Source of the DNA: Theionarchaea archaeon
Lineage (GTDB): Archaea; Methanobacteriota_B; Thermococci; Methanofastidiosales; SZ-28-30
Reading direction: 5' to 3'
DNA: 64,000 bases
NCBI GenBank assembly: GCA_018992565.1
Contig: JACVGW010000004.1
Coordinates: forward strand, 1 to 64,000
The first letter of the stretch is position 1. Every line of letters begins with the position of its first letter. Positions 31,637 through 41,665 of this stretch are shown here, piece after piece. The translations under genes were made by a program, and so were the position numbers. Under the pieces are notes generated by a model, which saw only the letters and a program-made list of their open reading frames with translations, had not been told where the DNA came from and ran no database searches.

Positions 31637-33883
31637 TCAAATTACATCCTCCAATCCCAGGGTTTCTTCCTCTCTCTCTTCCTCTTCTTCCCCTGACTTC
31701 CTGAATTTCCAGAAGGATTTCTTCTTTGGCTTTTCTTCTGTGAGTTCTTCCTTCCCTTTTTCTACTTTTTCTTCTTTTACTTCTTTTTCTGCCTCTTCTA
31801 CTTTTTCCTTTTTCCAGAACTGCAGTAATCCTTTCTCCTCTTTTTCCTCAAAGGGGAATTCTTCTTTTATTTCCTTTTCTCCTTCTTCTTTCTCCTTCCT
31901 GAATTTCCAGAAAGGTCTTACCTTTTCCTCAGTAAGAGGTTTTTCAGGGGGAGGTCCTACCTCTTCGCGAATACTGGTCTTCTTCCGTCTGTAGTAGAAG
32001 AATCCACCAAGGGCAATGAGTACCCCACAGATCACTCCCAGAACCAAAATCCTGTACTGCATAAACATGTCAATCAGGTCTGTAATACCAATTCCTCTCT
32101 TGCACGACTCACTCTGTTCACATTGAGGGTCATCGCAGTCTATGAGCCCATTACAATTATTATCCCATCCATCCTCGCAGGTTTCACGTGCTCCAGGGTT
32201 TACATCAGAGCGTCCATCATTACAGTCCGTGGCCAGGGGATACCCATCCCCGTCTGCATCTATCTTGTCTGCACCTATCCCTTCATCTATCTCCCCATCG
32301 CAGTCATTGTCTTTGCCATCATATATCTCTTCTGCTCCCGGGTATACCTTTGGATCTGTGTCATCGCAGTCTGTTCCTCCACACTGGCTAGATACAACAC
32401 CATCTCTATCATTATCAGGGAAGTCCACCAGGCCGTCGCAGTCATTATCCTTTTGATCACACAGCTCCGGAGCACCTCCATATACTGTGGGATCAGCATC
32501 ATCACAATCATCTCCTCCAGCCAGATCAGAATCATGGCCATCCCCATCGCTATCGGGCTTCATGCAGTTAACCACATAAAACCCACAGTCATTTACAGCT
32601 GTTATGGTCACCCCCTCCACCTTAAGAACAGCAGTGATGGCCAGCCTCTCCAGACCTGCACACTTCGCTACCACTGTCAGTCGGTACACCTTGTTGCAGG
32701 CCACCTCCTTGCTTGCAGCCAGAACATATGGTCTCCCACGTGGTGCATAGTCTGTAATAGTCACTATAGCAGTGGGAGCGAAAGAATGAACTACAAAGTA
32801 AACCTGCACAGGCTCTCTATCATTATAGGTGCTGCCACATTTTTTTTCCACCCATATTTCAACATAATCGCAGTCAGTCCCTTCATCTACCAGCCCATTA
32901 CAATCATTGTCCTTCCCGTCACAGATCTCCTGTGCCCCGGAGTGAATACCAGGATCAGTATCATCGCAGTCATCACCACCAACCAGGAGGGAATCATATC
33001 CGTCGCCGTCTGCATCTCTAAGGGTGCAGCTCATGACATGGAAAGCACAATCATCATACAGCGTTGTGGGGGGGTTGCCTGGAAGAGCTGCGGTAATCAC
33101 CAGGAGAACGAGCCCTGCAGGGCACGTTGCATGGGTTCGGGTCTGATATACCTCATTGGGGGCGATCACTCCATCTTTGACCAGCGTTGTAGGGGCTCCC
33201 TGAGTGGGATAGCTCATGAGCGTAACAGTGCAACTCTTCGCAGAGGTACGAACCCGGTAGAAGACCTCCACTGGCTCGCCCTGGGTGTAGAACCCATTGC
33301 ACGTCCTATCCACCCAGACCTCAACATAATCACACCATGATCCCTCATCAATGACCCCATCACAGTCATTGTCCTTCCCGTCACACACCTCAACAGCTCC
33401 AGGGTAGACTGTGGGGTCAGTATCATCACAATCATTGCAATCAGAATACGTATCCCTGTCGTTGTCATTATAACACACACAGCACCCTTCATCCACCAGC
33501 CCATCACAATCATTGTCCTTCCCGTCACACAGCTCCATAGCCCGTGGGTATATGGACCGATCATTATCGTTGCAGTCGTTGCATTCCGGAAAGCTGTCTC
33601 CATCCCTGTCAATACTACACGTGTAACACCCTTCATCTATCTGACCATCACAGTCATTGTCCTTCCCGTCGCACACCTCTTCTGCACCGGGATACACCTG
33701 AGGATCAGTATCGTCACACTCGTTGGCTGCTGAAAATCCGTCACCATCAGAATCTGCATCCGAACCGTCTGCCAGTGAGTATCCCTCCAGTCTTACAGGA
33801 TTGCCTCCGTTAACAGCAGAGACTAGTGCCACAATGAAGAAGAGAATAATCACTGTTCTCAGTGGTGCGTTCCTGGTCATCAT
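31637..33883 (-). CDS. Surface protein with seven MopE-type putative metal-binding repeats, two Cys-bounded beta domains, TM and acidic tail
   Basis: 7x (D/E)C.D....(Y/H/N)PGA.E.CDG.DNDC.G..D; signal peptide; TM ILVLGVICGVLIALGGFFYY-RRKK. Confidence 0.85.
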   Translation of the reverse strand: MMTRNAPLRTVIILFFIVALVSAVNGGNPVRLEGYSLADGSDADSDGDGFSAANECDDTDPQVYPGAEEVCDGKDNDCDGQIDEGCYTCSIDRDGDSFPECNDCNDNDRSIYPRAMELCDGKDNDCDGLVDEGCCVCYNDNDRDTYSDCNDCDDTDPTVYPGAVEVCDGKDNDCDGVIDEGSWCDYVEVWVDRTCNGFYTQGEPVEVFYRVRTSAKSCTVTLMSYPTQGAPTTLVKDGVIAPNEVYQTRTHATCPAGLVLLVITAALPGNPPTTLYDDCAFHVMSCTLRDADGDGYDSLLVGGDDCDDTDPGIHSGAQEICDGKDNDCNGLVDEGTDCDYVEIWVEKKCGSTYNDREPVQVYFVVHSFAPTAIVTITDYAPRGRPYVLAASKEVACNKVYRLTVVAKCAGLERLAITAVLKVEGVTITAVNDCGFYVVNCMKPDSDGDGHDSDLAGGDDCDDADPTVYGGAPELCDQKDNDCDGLVDFPDNDRDGVVSSQCGGTDCDDTDPKVYPGAEEIYDGKDNDCDGEIDEGIGADKIDADGDGYPLATDCNDGRSDVNPGARETCEDGWDNNCNGLIDCDDPQCEQSESCKRGIGITDLIDMFMQYRILVLGVICGVLIALGGFFYYRRKKTSIREEVGPPPEKPLTEEKVRPFWKFRKEKEEGEKEIKEEFPFEEKEEKGLLQFWKKEKVEEAEKEVKEEKVEKGKEELTEEKPKKKSFWKFRKSGEEEEEREEETLGLEDVI

Positions 33884-33969
33884 GTCAATCTCTCCACGTC
33901 AGCTGTGGTCTCTCTTATGAATAATGAAGTATTTAAAGGTTTTGCAACTTTTTCATTAGGACTAACAGG

Positions 33970-34839
33970 TCAGAGTCCCCTGAGATACTCACTCTTCAGG
34001 TTCCCCGTTTTGAGGGCTGTCTTGATCTCCTGGAGTAATCTGGACTTGTCCTGGGGCAGGTCTCCTCCGAGAGGAATGTAGTTTGACGCATGGTTCGACC
34101 TGAACATAGTTGTGCATTCCAGGGACTCTATGAGCCAGTACAGCTCTCTGAGGGTTTCTTCAGGAGCCAGGAGGTGAAATTGACCGTTCCCGTATTCAGT
34201 GTAGAGGTCTGTCCCTTCCACAAGCATGAGGGTGAGTGCTCCCACATAATCGGGACTCATGCTGTTGAGAAGTGATGCTGTCTCTCTCGCATGAGATTCA
34301 GATAGGTCTGGTCCCCCCAGGCCGATGATAATGGTGACTGATAACGGGATTCCTGCTGTAACCACCTTGCTGCCTGCTTCTCGCATTTCATTTCTGGTTA
34401 CACCCTTCCGCACTTTTTCAAGAAGTGACTCCAGTCCTGTTTCCACTCCCAGGTAGATAATTCCCAGTCCGTGATCCTGCAGCATCTGTAACTCATCAAC
34501 AGACTTCTGAAGAAGGTTTTGAGGACATGCATATGCCCCCACCCGTTCCAGGTTAGGAAACTCCTCATAAAGATAATCAAGGGTTTCTATGAACTGACTG
34601 GTTTTCATCACGAGGGCATCACCATCCGCCAGGAAGATACGCCTAACGTTCCTATAGTATGCCTTTGCCACGGCCACATCTTCCTTCAGATTTGCCAGGG
34701 ATTTGATCCTGAATTTCTTGCTCTTGTAGGAACCGCAGAACGTACAGGTGTTGTTCGAGCACCCTATAGTAGCCTGTAAAATGAGACTTCTGGCTTCTGA
34801 TGGAGGTCTCCAGATTGAACCCTCGTACATGGGAACCAT
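33970..34839 (-). CDS. Radical SAM protein
   Basis: YEGSIWRPPSEARSLILQATIGCSNNTCTFC, FLADGDAL, YLGVETG, FRSNHASNY. Confidence 0.9.
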   Translation of the reverse strand: MVPMYEGSIWRPPSEARSLILQATIGCSNNTCTFCGSYKSKKFRIKSLANLKEDVAVAKAYYRNVRRIFLADGDALVMKTSQFIETLDYLYEEFPNLERVGAYACPQNLLQKSVDELQMLQDHGLGIIYLGVETGLESLLEKVRKGVTRNEMREAGSKVVTAGIPLSVTIIIGLGGPDLSESHARETASLLNSMSPDYVGALTLMLVEGTDLYTEYGNGQFHLLAPEETLRELYWLIESLECTTMFRSNHASNYIPLGGDLPQDKSRLLQEIKTALKTGNLKSEYLRGL

Positions 34840-34935
34840 ACTATCAGTACAGAATCGTCCTTTATAGAGATTGCTGCAAGAGCCCTGAAAAGCTGGAAAG
34901 GAAACGCATTTAAGCATCCATGGGAATACATCTTC

Positions 34936-35472
34936 ATGTACAAAGGAACCAAGGTCAGCTTGCAGTCCCTGGAAAGGAAACACCTTTCCAAGTGTGTAGA
35001 ATGGCTCAATGATCCTGAAGTGACAGAGACACTTTCCATGTCAGAGCCTGTCAGTGCAGAGTCTGAGCAGAGGTGGTTTGACAGCCATCTCAAAGATGAA
35101 CACTCCAAGATCTTGGCCATTGAGACTATGGACGGGGAATACATTGGGAACATCGGACTGCATGATATTGATTTGCACAACAGAAAAGCTGAACTGGGTA
35201 TCTTTATTGGTGAAAAGGAATACTGGGGGAAGGGGTACGGAACAGAAGCAGTTCTTCTGGGGTTGAAATTTGCATTTGAAGCACTGAATCTCAACAGAGT
35301 CTATCTGAGAACATTTCTTGATAATAAAAGAGCCCAAAAGTGCTATGAGAAGGCTGGGTTCAAGAAAGAAGGAATCTTGAGGCAGGATATGTTTAAGAAC
35401 GGTGACTACCTGGATTGTATAGTTTATTCTGTCCTGGTAAAAGAGTACTTCCAAAGAGTGTCTACTGGTTGA
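34936..35472 (+). CDS. GNAT N-acetyltransferase (RimJ/RimL type)
   Basis: AELGIFIGEKEYWGKGYGTEA; N.RA..CYEKAGFKKEG. Confidence 0.9.
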   Translation: MYKGTKVSLQSLERKHLSKCVEWLNDPEVTETLSMSEPVSAESEQRWFDSHLKDEHSKILAIETMDGEYIGNIGLHDIDLHNRKAELGIFIGEKEYWGKGYGTEAVLLGLKFAFEALNLNRVYLRTFLDNKRAQKCYEKAGFKKEGILRQDMFKNGDYLDCIVYSVLVKEYFQRVSTG

Positions 35473-36514
35473 GGGCAGCTATTCTTTTCAGAGCGTGCAA
35501 CTTATCTTTCTTACCCAGGGCAGCCTCCTGGACCACCTGCTTGAGTATTTCTGTGACTTCATCCATGGCCTTCCTTTCTACCGGGAAGGGGACGCCATCT
35601 TTCCCTCCAAATGCAAAGGAGAACTTCACTGGGTCCTTGTGTGAGGGAGATTCACCGAAGGTGAATTCAGAGACCATGGCCAGCCCGCGAATGGTCTTGG
35701 GTCCCATCCCCTTGATGGCGATGAGTTCTTCAAAGGTTTCAGGCTGGGTTTCATATGCTTTCCTGAGGGCATTCCAGTTTATGGACTTGGGCATAACGTA
35801 ACTCTTGATGCCTACGTAGTGGTCCAGTGTTTCCTGATTTTCATGAGCGTAGCGTCTGATTCTCATGGGATTTTCTTTTGCCACATCCAGGGAGACCTTC
35901 CTGCACTCTCTGCTTTCTCTGGCTGTCAAGTCCGTGACTTTGTATGCTTTTTCTCCTGTAATGCCCTTGTGAGGCTCTTCAACAAACTGAGACGGGTTGG
36001 ACCATTGATAGCGGCGGGCATACTTAGTAGCAGGGTTCATTCCCTGCTGTACTACAGTCCAGGACCCTGATTCAGAGAAGAAGAGTGATTGATGGTAGAG
36101 CTGGTGACCATCCTGGACCAGGCAGTTGTCTACCTTTGCTGTCATCTTGGAAGCATGCACCAGGGAGTTGATTTTCCTAGTGGAGAGGTTTAGCTCTTCT
36201 CCTTTCTTGGTGATCTCCTGAGGTATTTTCCGGGATGTCTTCCCTTTTCCTCCCACCACGTTCACTCCTGGAATATCCGCCGATTTGAGGACACCGCATA
36301 GGACAGTCGTCGTGCCGGAACTGTGCCAGTCATATCCCAGGAGACAGCACAGACATTGAAACCACACGGGATCTGCCATCTTCTGTAGAATCCATTCTGC
36401 ATCATACTCTTCACTGAGAATGGCGAATATCTGACTGGCCAGAGCTTTCATTCGAGTGGTCAGCCAGGAGGGTGCCTTCCCATGGTGCAGAGGTAAATCA
36501 GTTGTAGATCTCAT
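35462..36514 (-). CDS. DUF763 family protein
   Basis: DLPLHHGKAPSWL, GYDWHSSGTTT, AKVDN..VQDG..LYH, DPVKFSFAFGGKDGVPFPV. Confidence 0.85.
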   Translation of the reverse strand: MRSTTDLPLHHGKAPSWLTTRMKALASQIFAILSEEYDAEWILQKMADPVWFQCLCCLLGYDWHSSGTTTVLCGVLKSADIPGVNVVGGKGKTSRKIPQEITKKGEELNLSTRKINSLVHASKMTAKVDNCLVQDGHQLYHQSLFFSESGSWTVVQQGMNPATKYARRYQWSNPSQFVEEPHKGITGEKAYKVTDLTARESRECRKVSLDVAKENPMRIRRYAHENQETLDHYVGIKSYVMPKSINWNALRKAYETQPETFEELIAIKGMGPKTIRGLAMVSEFTFGESPSHKDPVKFSFAFGGKDGVPFPVERKAMDEVTEILKQVVQEAALGKKDKLHALKRIAALNQ

Positions 36515-36515
36515 G

Positions 36516-37190
36516 TTATACTCCATACGTAGCGATGTACTCATCAAAGGCTTTAACAGTGTGCTGATCGACACACATCTTTCCATTGATGGGATGGGTT
36601 TTCAGATGTGACATGATCTCGGTGATTGTCAGGATGCTGTAGAGGGTGAATCCTTTTTTCTGAAGAACCTGGGATGCTGATTCCCCACTCTCCTCTTTTT
36701 CCTGCCTGTCAACAGCAATGAGAATGCCTCTTGGAACCAAATCTCTTTTGAAATTCGTCAATTTCCCCCAGTTCTCAATTTTGGTTTCTCCTGTGGTTAT
36801 GACGTCATCAATGATAAGGACAGAGTCACCATCTCTGAGATCTCCCACAATAGTCTTCTCTGCCAGATCACCGTAGGTTTTCTCCTGTTTCCGGTCGTAT
36901 CCCCATCTTTTGTTGAGATTATGGGTAGTATAAAGGTAACCGGCAACTAAAGCAGCCAGGGGGATCCCCTTGTATGCAGGTCCATGGAGATAGTCAAAGT
37001 CGAAATTGAGAGTTGAAATCTCCTGCACGTAGGATTGTGCTGTTCTTGCAGCAAATGCGCCTGTATTCAGCGCTCTCCCCATGTTGATAAAATAGGGGGA
37101 TATTCGTCCACTCTTTAGTTTGAAGGTTCCGAACTCTAAAGCTCTTGACTCCACAAGAACTGCTATCAGTTCTTCCTTATGCGGGTCGAT
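36516..37190 (-). CDS. pyrE: Orotate phosphoribosyltransferase (start probably ATC 37190; first canonical start GTG 37154)
   Basis: FGTFKLKSGRISPYF, GPAYKGIPL, DRKQEKTYG, IIDDVITTG, VDRQE. Confidence 0.92.
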   Translation of the reverse strand: MDPHKEELIAVLVESRALEFGTFKLKSGRISPYFINMGRALNTGAFAARTAQSYVQEISTLNFDFDYLHGPAYKGIPLAALVAGYLYTTHNLNKRWGYDRKQEKTYGDLAEKTIVGDLRDGDSVLIIDDVITTGETKIENWGKLTNFKRDLVPRGILIAVDRQEKEESGESASQVLQKKGFTLYSILTITEIMSHLKTHPINGKMCVDQHTVKAFDEYIATYGV

Positions 37191-37378
37191 AGGATCACCA
37201 GAGGGAAGTTAGGTTGAAAGGATAAATACTTTTGGTTTCTCCGTACATTGACCAGTATAGTAAACCTGTTCTATTGGGAGTTTGGCTCATTTCCTCGCTG
37301 TATCTTCTAGTATACCCCTGGCAAAGGTTGAGGATGTGAGCAAAGATTTATAAACCTGTAGTAGAGATGACACAGTAT

Positions 37379-37457
37379 GTCCGGGATAGGCTAGTTCGGT
37401 CTAGACTGTAGGACTGTGGATCCTACGACCCCGGTTCAAATCCGGGTCCCGGACCCA
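37379..37457 (+). tRNA. tRNA-His(GUG) with encoded G-1 and CCA
   Basis: Cloverleaf: G-1/TCCGGGA..TCCCGGA-C-CCA; anticodon arm TAGGA CT GTG GA TCCTA; T arm CCCGG TTCAAAT CCGGG; TTTATAAA box at 37347-37354. Confidence 0.95.
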
Positions 37458-37609
37458 TGGTTCTATCTGGCACGCTTCTCTGCATTTCAAACAACCACCG
37501 CAAGATGCCACGGGCTTCTTTTGGGCTGCGAAGGTTTTATAAATCGTCAATTCTGAAGATTTTATGGTTCGACCACCTAGAAAATCCCAGAATAGAGAGG
37601 CAACCGAGT

Positions 37610-37822
37610 ATGTACCACTATAAATTCGTGAAAATTGAGTTGGGAGGATTCTGGATATCCACCAAAAAACCGAAAGGAGATTACCACCAGCTGATTGAGG
37701 AGCATGCAAGAGAAGGATGGAGATTGGTCCAGATATTTGCTCCATCAGTTTCAGTCATGGGGGGTGGTATCCCTGAATATTTCGAACTCATCTTCGAAAG
37801 AGAAATGGATAGTTCATGGTAG
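37610..37822 (+). CDS. DUF4177-like small protein
   Basis: MYHYKFVKI...YHQLIEEHAREGWRLVQIF...ELIFER. Confidence 0.75.
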   Translation: MYHYKFVKIELGGFWISTKKPKGDYHQLIEEHAREGWRLVQIFAPSVSVMGGGIPEYFELIFEREMDSSW

Positions 37823-38050
37823 CCATTGACTCTTCTGGTCTACCCCTGGAATTCCCCCTCTAGCAGAACTGACCACAGTGCAGGTGAATCCTGAAATGAA
37901 TATAGCACAAACACTTATAAGATGACCCAGGAACCAAAGCATGGATTGACAACTTGTCATAGCAATCCAGGAAATGTCTTTCGGACACTCAATAGAGAAA
38001 AACTGTGTGCCAAGATTGCGAGGAGAAGCTCCTCAAGAGGAGGCAAGAAA

Positions 38051-38848
38051 ATGAAGATACTCTCAAACCGATTCAATCTCGTTTTATACTGTGCCCTATT
38101 CAACCTTCTTTTTGAATATTCTGCCCGGGGGATCAGGCAATTTTTCACCAGGCCTTTATTCATGCTGGCTCTACTCGGAATTTATGTTACCTACTTTGCC
38201 ATGCTTGAGGACCTTATCGTACGGTTCAGACTCAGGAATTATCAGATTCTCCTATGTGCTTTTCTGTACGGGCTATTCCCCATAGCCTTCCTCACAGGTA
38301 ACCTGTTTAACACCAGAGTATATACTGGAATCATGGTAGCGGGGGTCAACATTGGCACCCTGTTCATTGTTGGAATTCTCGCCTGGGGTGTTGTACAGGG
38401 TGTAGTGACACTCTATCTGGCCAATCGCCTTCAGCCTCGCGACTGGAATCACCCTCGAATGGGAAAAGTGGGCTGGGCTTCAGCTGGACTCTATCAACTA
38501 GTTGTAATGATTTATGCTCATCAAAATCCTGTTACTCCCAGGGGTACTCCAGCAGGGTATCTCTCTCTTGTCATACTTGTCGTTGTCGTTGCTGTTCTGG
38601 TTATCAGGAGTCTAAAGACACCTGGACCTTCTCCAAGACCTTTCCAACCGGTGAAGATCATGGATTTTCTTTCCTTTGGTTCAATTGCCATCTTTCTTAT
38701 TCTGGGCACTTTTTTTTCTGGGGAGAAGATAGTCACATCTCAACCTCTCAATCTGCTCGCCGTTACTCTCGAGAACATCTGGGTACTCTTCTGCGGAGGG
38801 GTCTTCTTTCTCTATAGATTGCAGAAGAAGTCTGACATAGTAGTGTGA
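38051..38848 (+). CDS. Hypothetical polytopic membrane protein
   Basis: Multiple hydrophobic segments; GGAGG RBS before ATG 38051. Confidence 0.7.
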   Translation: MKILSNRFNLVLYCALFNLLFEYSARGIRQFFTRPLFMLALLGIYVTYFAMLEDLIVRFRLRNYQILLCAFLYGLFPIAFLTGNLFNTRVYTGIMVAGVNIGTLFIVGILAWGVVQGVVTLYLANRLQPRDWNHPRMGKVGWASAGLYQLVVMIYAHQNPVTPRGTPAGYLSLVILVVVVAVLVIRSLKTPGPSPRPFQPVKIMDFLSFGSIAIFLILGTFFSGEKIVTSQPLNLLAVTLENIWVLFCGGVFFLYRLQKKSDIVV

Positions 38849-39043
38849 TAGTACACTGCAGTATCTTTGAGATTCAGTACCAGATGAATGTGTGATAGTC
38901 CCACTCATTCAGTACCGAAACCTATTTGACTGTCTCCAGTTCTATAGTGGAACAGTGCTCACAAAAAACGGATCTCCAAGAAGATGTCATGTCTATTGGA
39001 ATCGGTGCACCAACCTGAGAACCCAACTCATCCGGTGTTTTTC

Positions 39044-41353
39044 ATGATGGTGAAACCCCTTATCCTTGTGGCCTTCCTCTTGCTGGCTGCCACTTCCCTT
39101 TCTGGCCAGTGTGGGTTCAGCCTTGCCTGGGAGAAAGAAATCAAGCACGAAGGCGTGCAGGTGACTGATCTAGATGGCGACGGATATTCTGAAATTCTGT
39201 TTTTCACCTCTGTCAGCAAGGGAGAAAAGGATTACATTCTCACAGCTTTGAACGTATTTGGGGAAACCATCTGGCAAACGTGGGTAGATGAAGAGTCTGA
39301 TGCCCTCTATTGTGAGGATGTGGACAATGATGGATTGAAAGAGATCTTTTTTACCCAGGATCTCGGTCCCTATTACCAGGAACCCGGAATAAGGAGAATG
39401 AGAATTACCTGCGCCAGCAATACTGGCAATCTTTTGTGGAGCCATGAGTTCTGTATACACCTAGGGCCCAACGAGCTATCCCGAAGGTATGAATACTTCT
39501 TTTCAGACATAACCCATGACGGGTACAAGGAAATACTAGTGGCAGACTACATACTTGACAGAAAGGGATTCACCGTCCATGAATATGAAGAAGATTTCGC
39601 AGTTGTGAATATCCTGGATATTGATGAAGATGGCCAGGAGGAATTGGTTCTCAAGAAGAGCTCTCATGATTTCTTCAGGACTCTCTCCGGGTACAGCTTC
39701 ATTTACAGGATCATTGAATGTGATGGAACTCCAATCTGGGAAAAGGAATTCCTGGAACCTTCATTCCTGCATGTGCTAGATGTCAATGGAGAGAAGAGGC
39801 TCTTCCTTCTGCAGCTGGACAATGTATCCGAGATAACGCTCGAAGATACCGTGAAATGGAGTATATCCTTTGATGCGAATCCTGGTGGATTGCTGGTGGA
39901 ACCTGAGATTTTTGTTTGCGATTTAAACTGCGATTCTCGTATAGAATACGTCATTATAGCCATGGACAGCCCACGTGAGTATGGGAAAAGCCACGTCTAT
40001 GTCTATGATGATCAACTCAACCGACTCTGGGACCACGAGGACCCTGTGTTCTGGGCAGATGTATATGATCTTGATCAGGACAACCATTACGAGGTTCTAA
40101 CAAGGAACTGGTTCTATGACCATCCTCCTTTCTACAGAGTGTTTGATGATAAGGGAGATGAGATATGGAACATTGTTTTCGAGACTTCCGCTTCTGGGCC
40201 TGATATCATTGACATTGATGCAGATGGAGATAATGAAGTTGTCTTCCATGTTACCCCTCCGCAAGACAAGAAGAAGTCAGATGACCTCTCTCTCGAAGAA
40301 GCCCTTGAGAGACTGAAAGCTCTGACTCTGGATGCTGGAGATGCATGGTCAGAGTATCTGTACGTATTCAATAGCAAAGGAATTCTTGAAGCTCAATTTG
40401 AGGTTCCGGGTTCCTCCACGACGAACTTCGGTGATTTTGACAGTGACGGTGATCTGGACTTGCTGTGTTACTCAGACTTCCTCGGGAGGAAAATGGTGTT
40501 GTGTGCTAATACGACATGCCACGGTGTCCTGGATGAAATGTGCACAGAGCAAGAGACGCTTAGGAACGTCGATCTGGGAGGAAAATGGTTCAAGAGAAAT
40601 GCATACATCCACGCACGATTATGGTTTGAGTATGAGAACCTCAAGCACATTCTCGATAATACCTATCTCCTGTATACGCGGTACAGGACAGAATTTTCCA
40701 TTCTTCTCGTGATAGGGACTCTCTGTTGCTTTGGAGGAGCTTTCCTAGTGATACGTATCCTGAGGAAGAATGAATCTGAATGGGACGTACAGTGGGGAGT
40801 GAAAAAAGCAATTCTTTATCTTGTCTTCTCAGTGATGGTACCCCCAGTAGCACTGGTCTTTTTCATATACAAGATCATAAAATCCCCTCCAGACTACAGG
40901 AAGATTCTGGGGTTTGTGAGGCCCACCAGAACCCAGACTCTCATTTCAGGAATTGCAGGTACTCTCCTTTTCCTGGGCAGCTATGCCATGCTCATACTCC
41001 TTGCACTGTACCGGGTCCCGCTGCCAAGCAGCTCAGAAAATGAGTACCTTGTAGAAAACTACCTTGTGGTGGCGATTTTTCTCTGGCTTGTGACTGCCCC
41101 CATTGTAGAAGAAATTGTATTCTCAGGCTATGTGTACCCTATATTGAGAAAAAAGTGGGGGGTGAGGCCCGGTATCCTGCTGATTTCCCTTTTATTTTCA
41201 CTGCTGCACTTAAATCCTACCATAATCCCTGTATACTTTATGGGAACTGTGCCGAAAGTATACGCTTACGAAAGGACCCATTGTATTTACATTCCAATGG
41301 TAATCCATTTCTTCTATAATTTCATCGTCCTGATGCTGAGTTCGCTCCTATGA
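39044..41353 (+). CDS. FG-GAP-repeat beta-propeller fused to CPBP (CAAX/Abi) intramembrane protease
   Basis: Signal peptide; DLDGDG.SEI repeats; C-terminal TMs with APIVEEIVFSG, FSLLH, HFFYN. Confidence 0.8.
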   Translation: MMVKPLILVAFLLLAATSLSGQCGFSLAWEKEIKHEGVQVTDLDGDGYSEILFFTSVSKGEKDYILTALNVFGETIWQTWVDEESDALYCEDVDNDGLKEIFFTQDLGPYYQEPGIRRMRITCASNTGNLLWSHEFCIHLGPNELSRRYEYFFSDITHDGYKEILVADYILDRKGFTVHEYEEDFAVVNILDIDEDGQEELVLKKSSHDFFRTLSGYSFIYRIIECDGTPIWEKEFLEPSFLHVLDVNGEKRLFLLQLDNVSEITLEDTVKWSISFDANPGGLLVEPEIFVCDLNCDSRIEYVIIAMDSPREYGKSHVYVYDDQLNRLWDHEDPVFWADVYDLDQDNHYEVLTRNWFYDHPPFYRVFDDKGDEIWNIVFETSASGPDIIDIDADGDNEVVFHVTPPQDKKKSDDLSLEEALERLKALTLDAGDAWSEYLYVFNSKGILEAQFEVPGSSTTNFGDFDSDGDLDLLCYSDFLGRKMVLCANTTCHGVLDEMCTEQETLRNVDLGGKWFKRNAYIHARLWFEYENLKHILDNTYLLYTRYRTEFSILLVIGTLCCFGGAFLVIRILRKNESEWDVQWGVKKAILYLVFSVMVPPVALVFFIYKIIKSPPDYRKILGFVRPTRTQTLISGIAGTLLFLGSYAMLILLALYRVPLPSSSENEYLVENYLVVAIFLWLVTAPIVEEIVFSGYVYPILRKKWGVRPGILLISLLFSLLHLNPTIIPVYFMGTVPKVYAYERTHCIYIPMVIHFFYNFIVLMLSSLL

Positions 41354-41665
41354 GGGTGCGGTTGCCCCGATTCTATTCAGTTTGAGCAGGCGGATGATGT
41401 GATGTAAGAGACACCGGGTTCCATATCATGAATCCAGCATGGAAAGACTGCCATGCTGATTGTGACAACCATCATGTGTCCCTGCCGTGGCGATCACCTC
41501 CTCCACATCTATCAAGTCGCAGCCTGACTTCTGGTTGTGTCAACATGTTTAGAAGAAGAGTATCCTCATGGATGGGAAATAGAATTCTCCTGGAATCCCG
41601 AACATGTCCGAAAAAAATTTAACAAAAAGAGTAAGACTCATAAGGACGGAAAGCGTACCCTTACC

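Noticed and set aside
32123..33340. 405-aa Ile-rich + strand ORF
   Set aside because: Antisense shadow of Asp-rich repeats (GAT/ATC)
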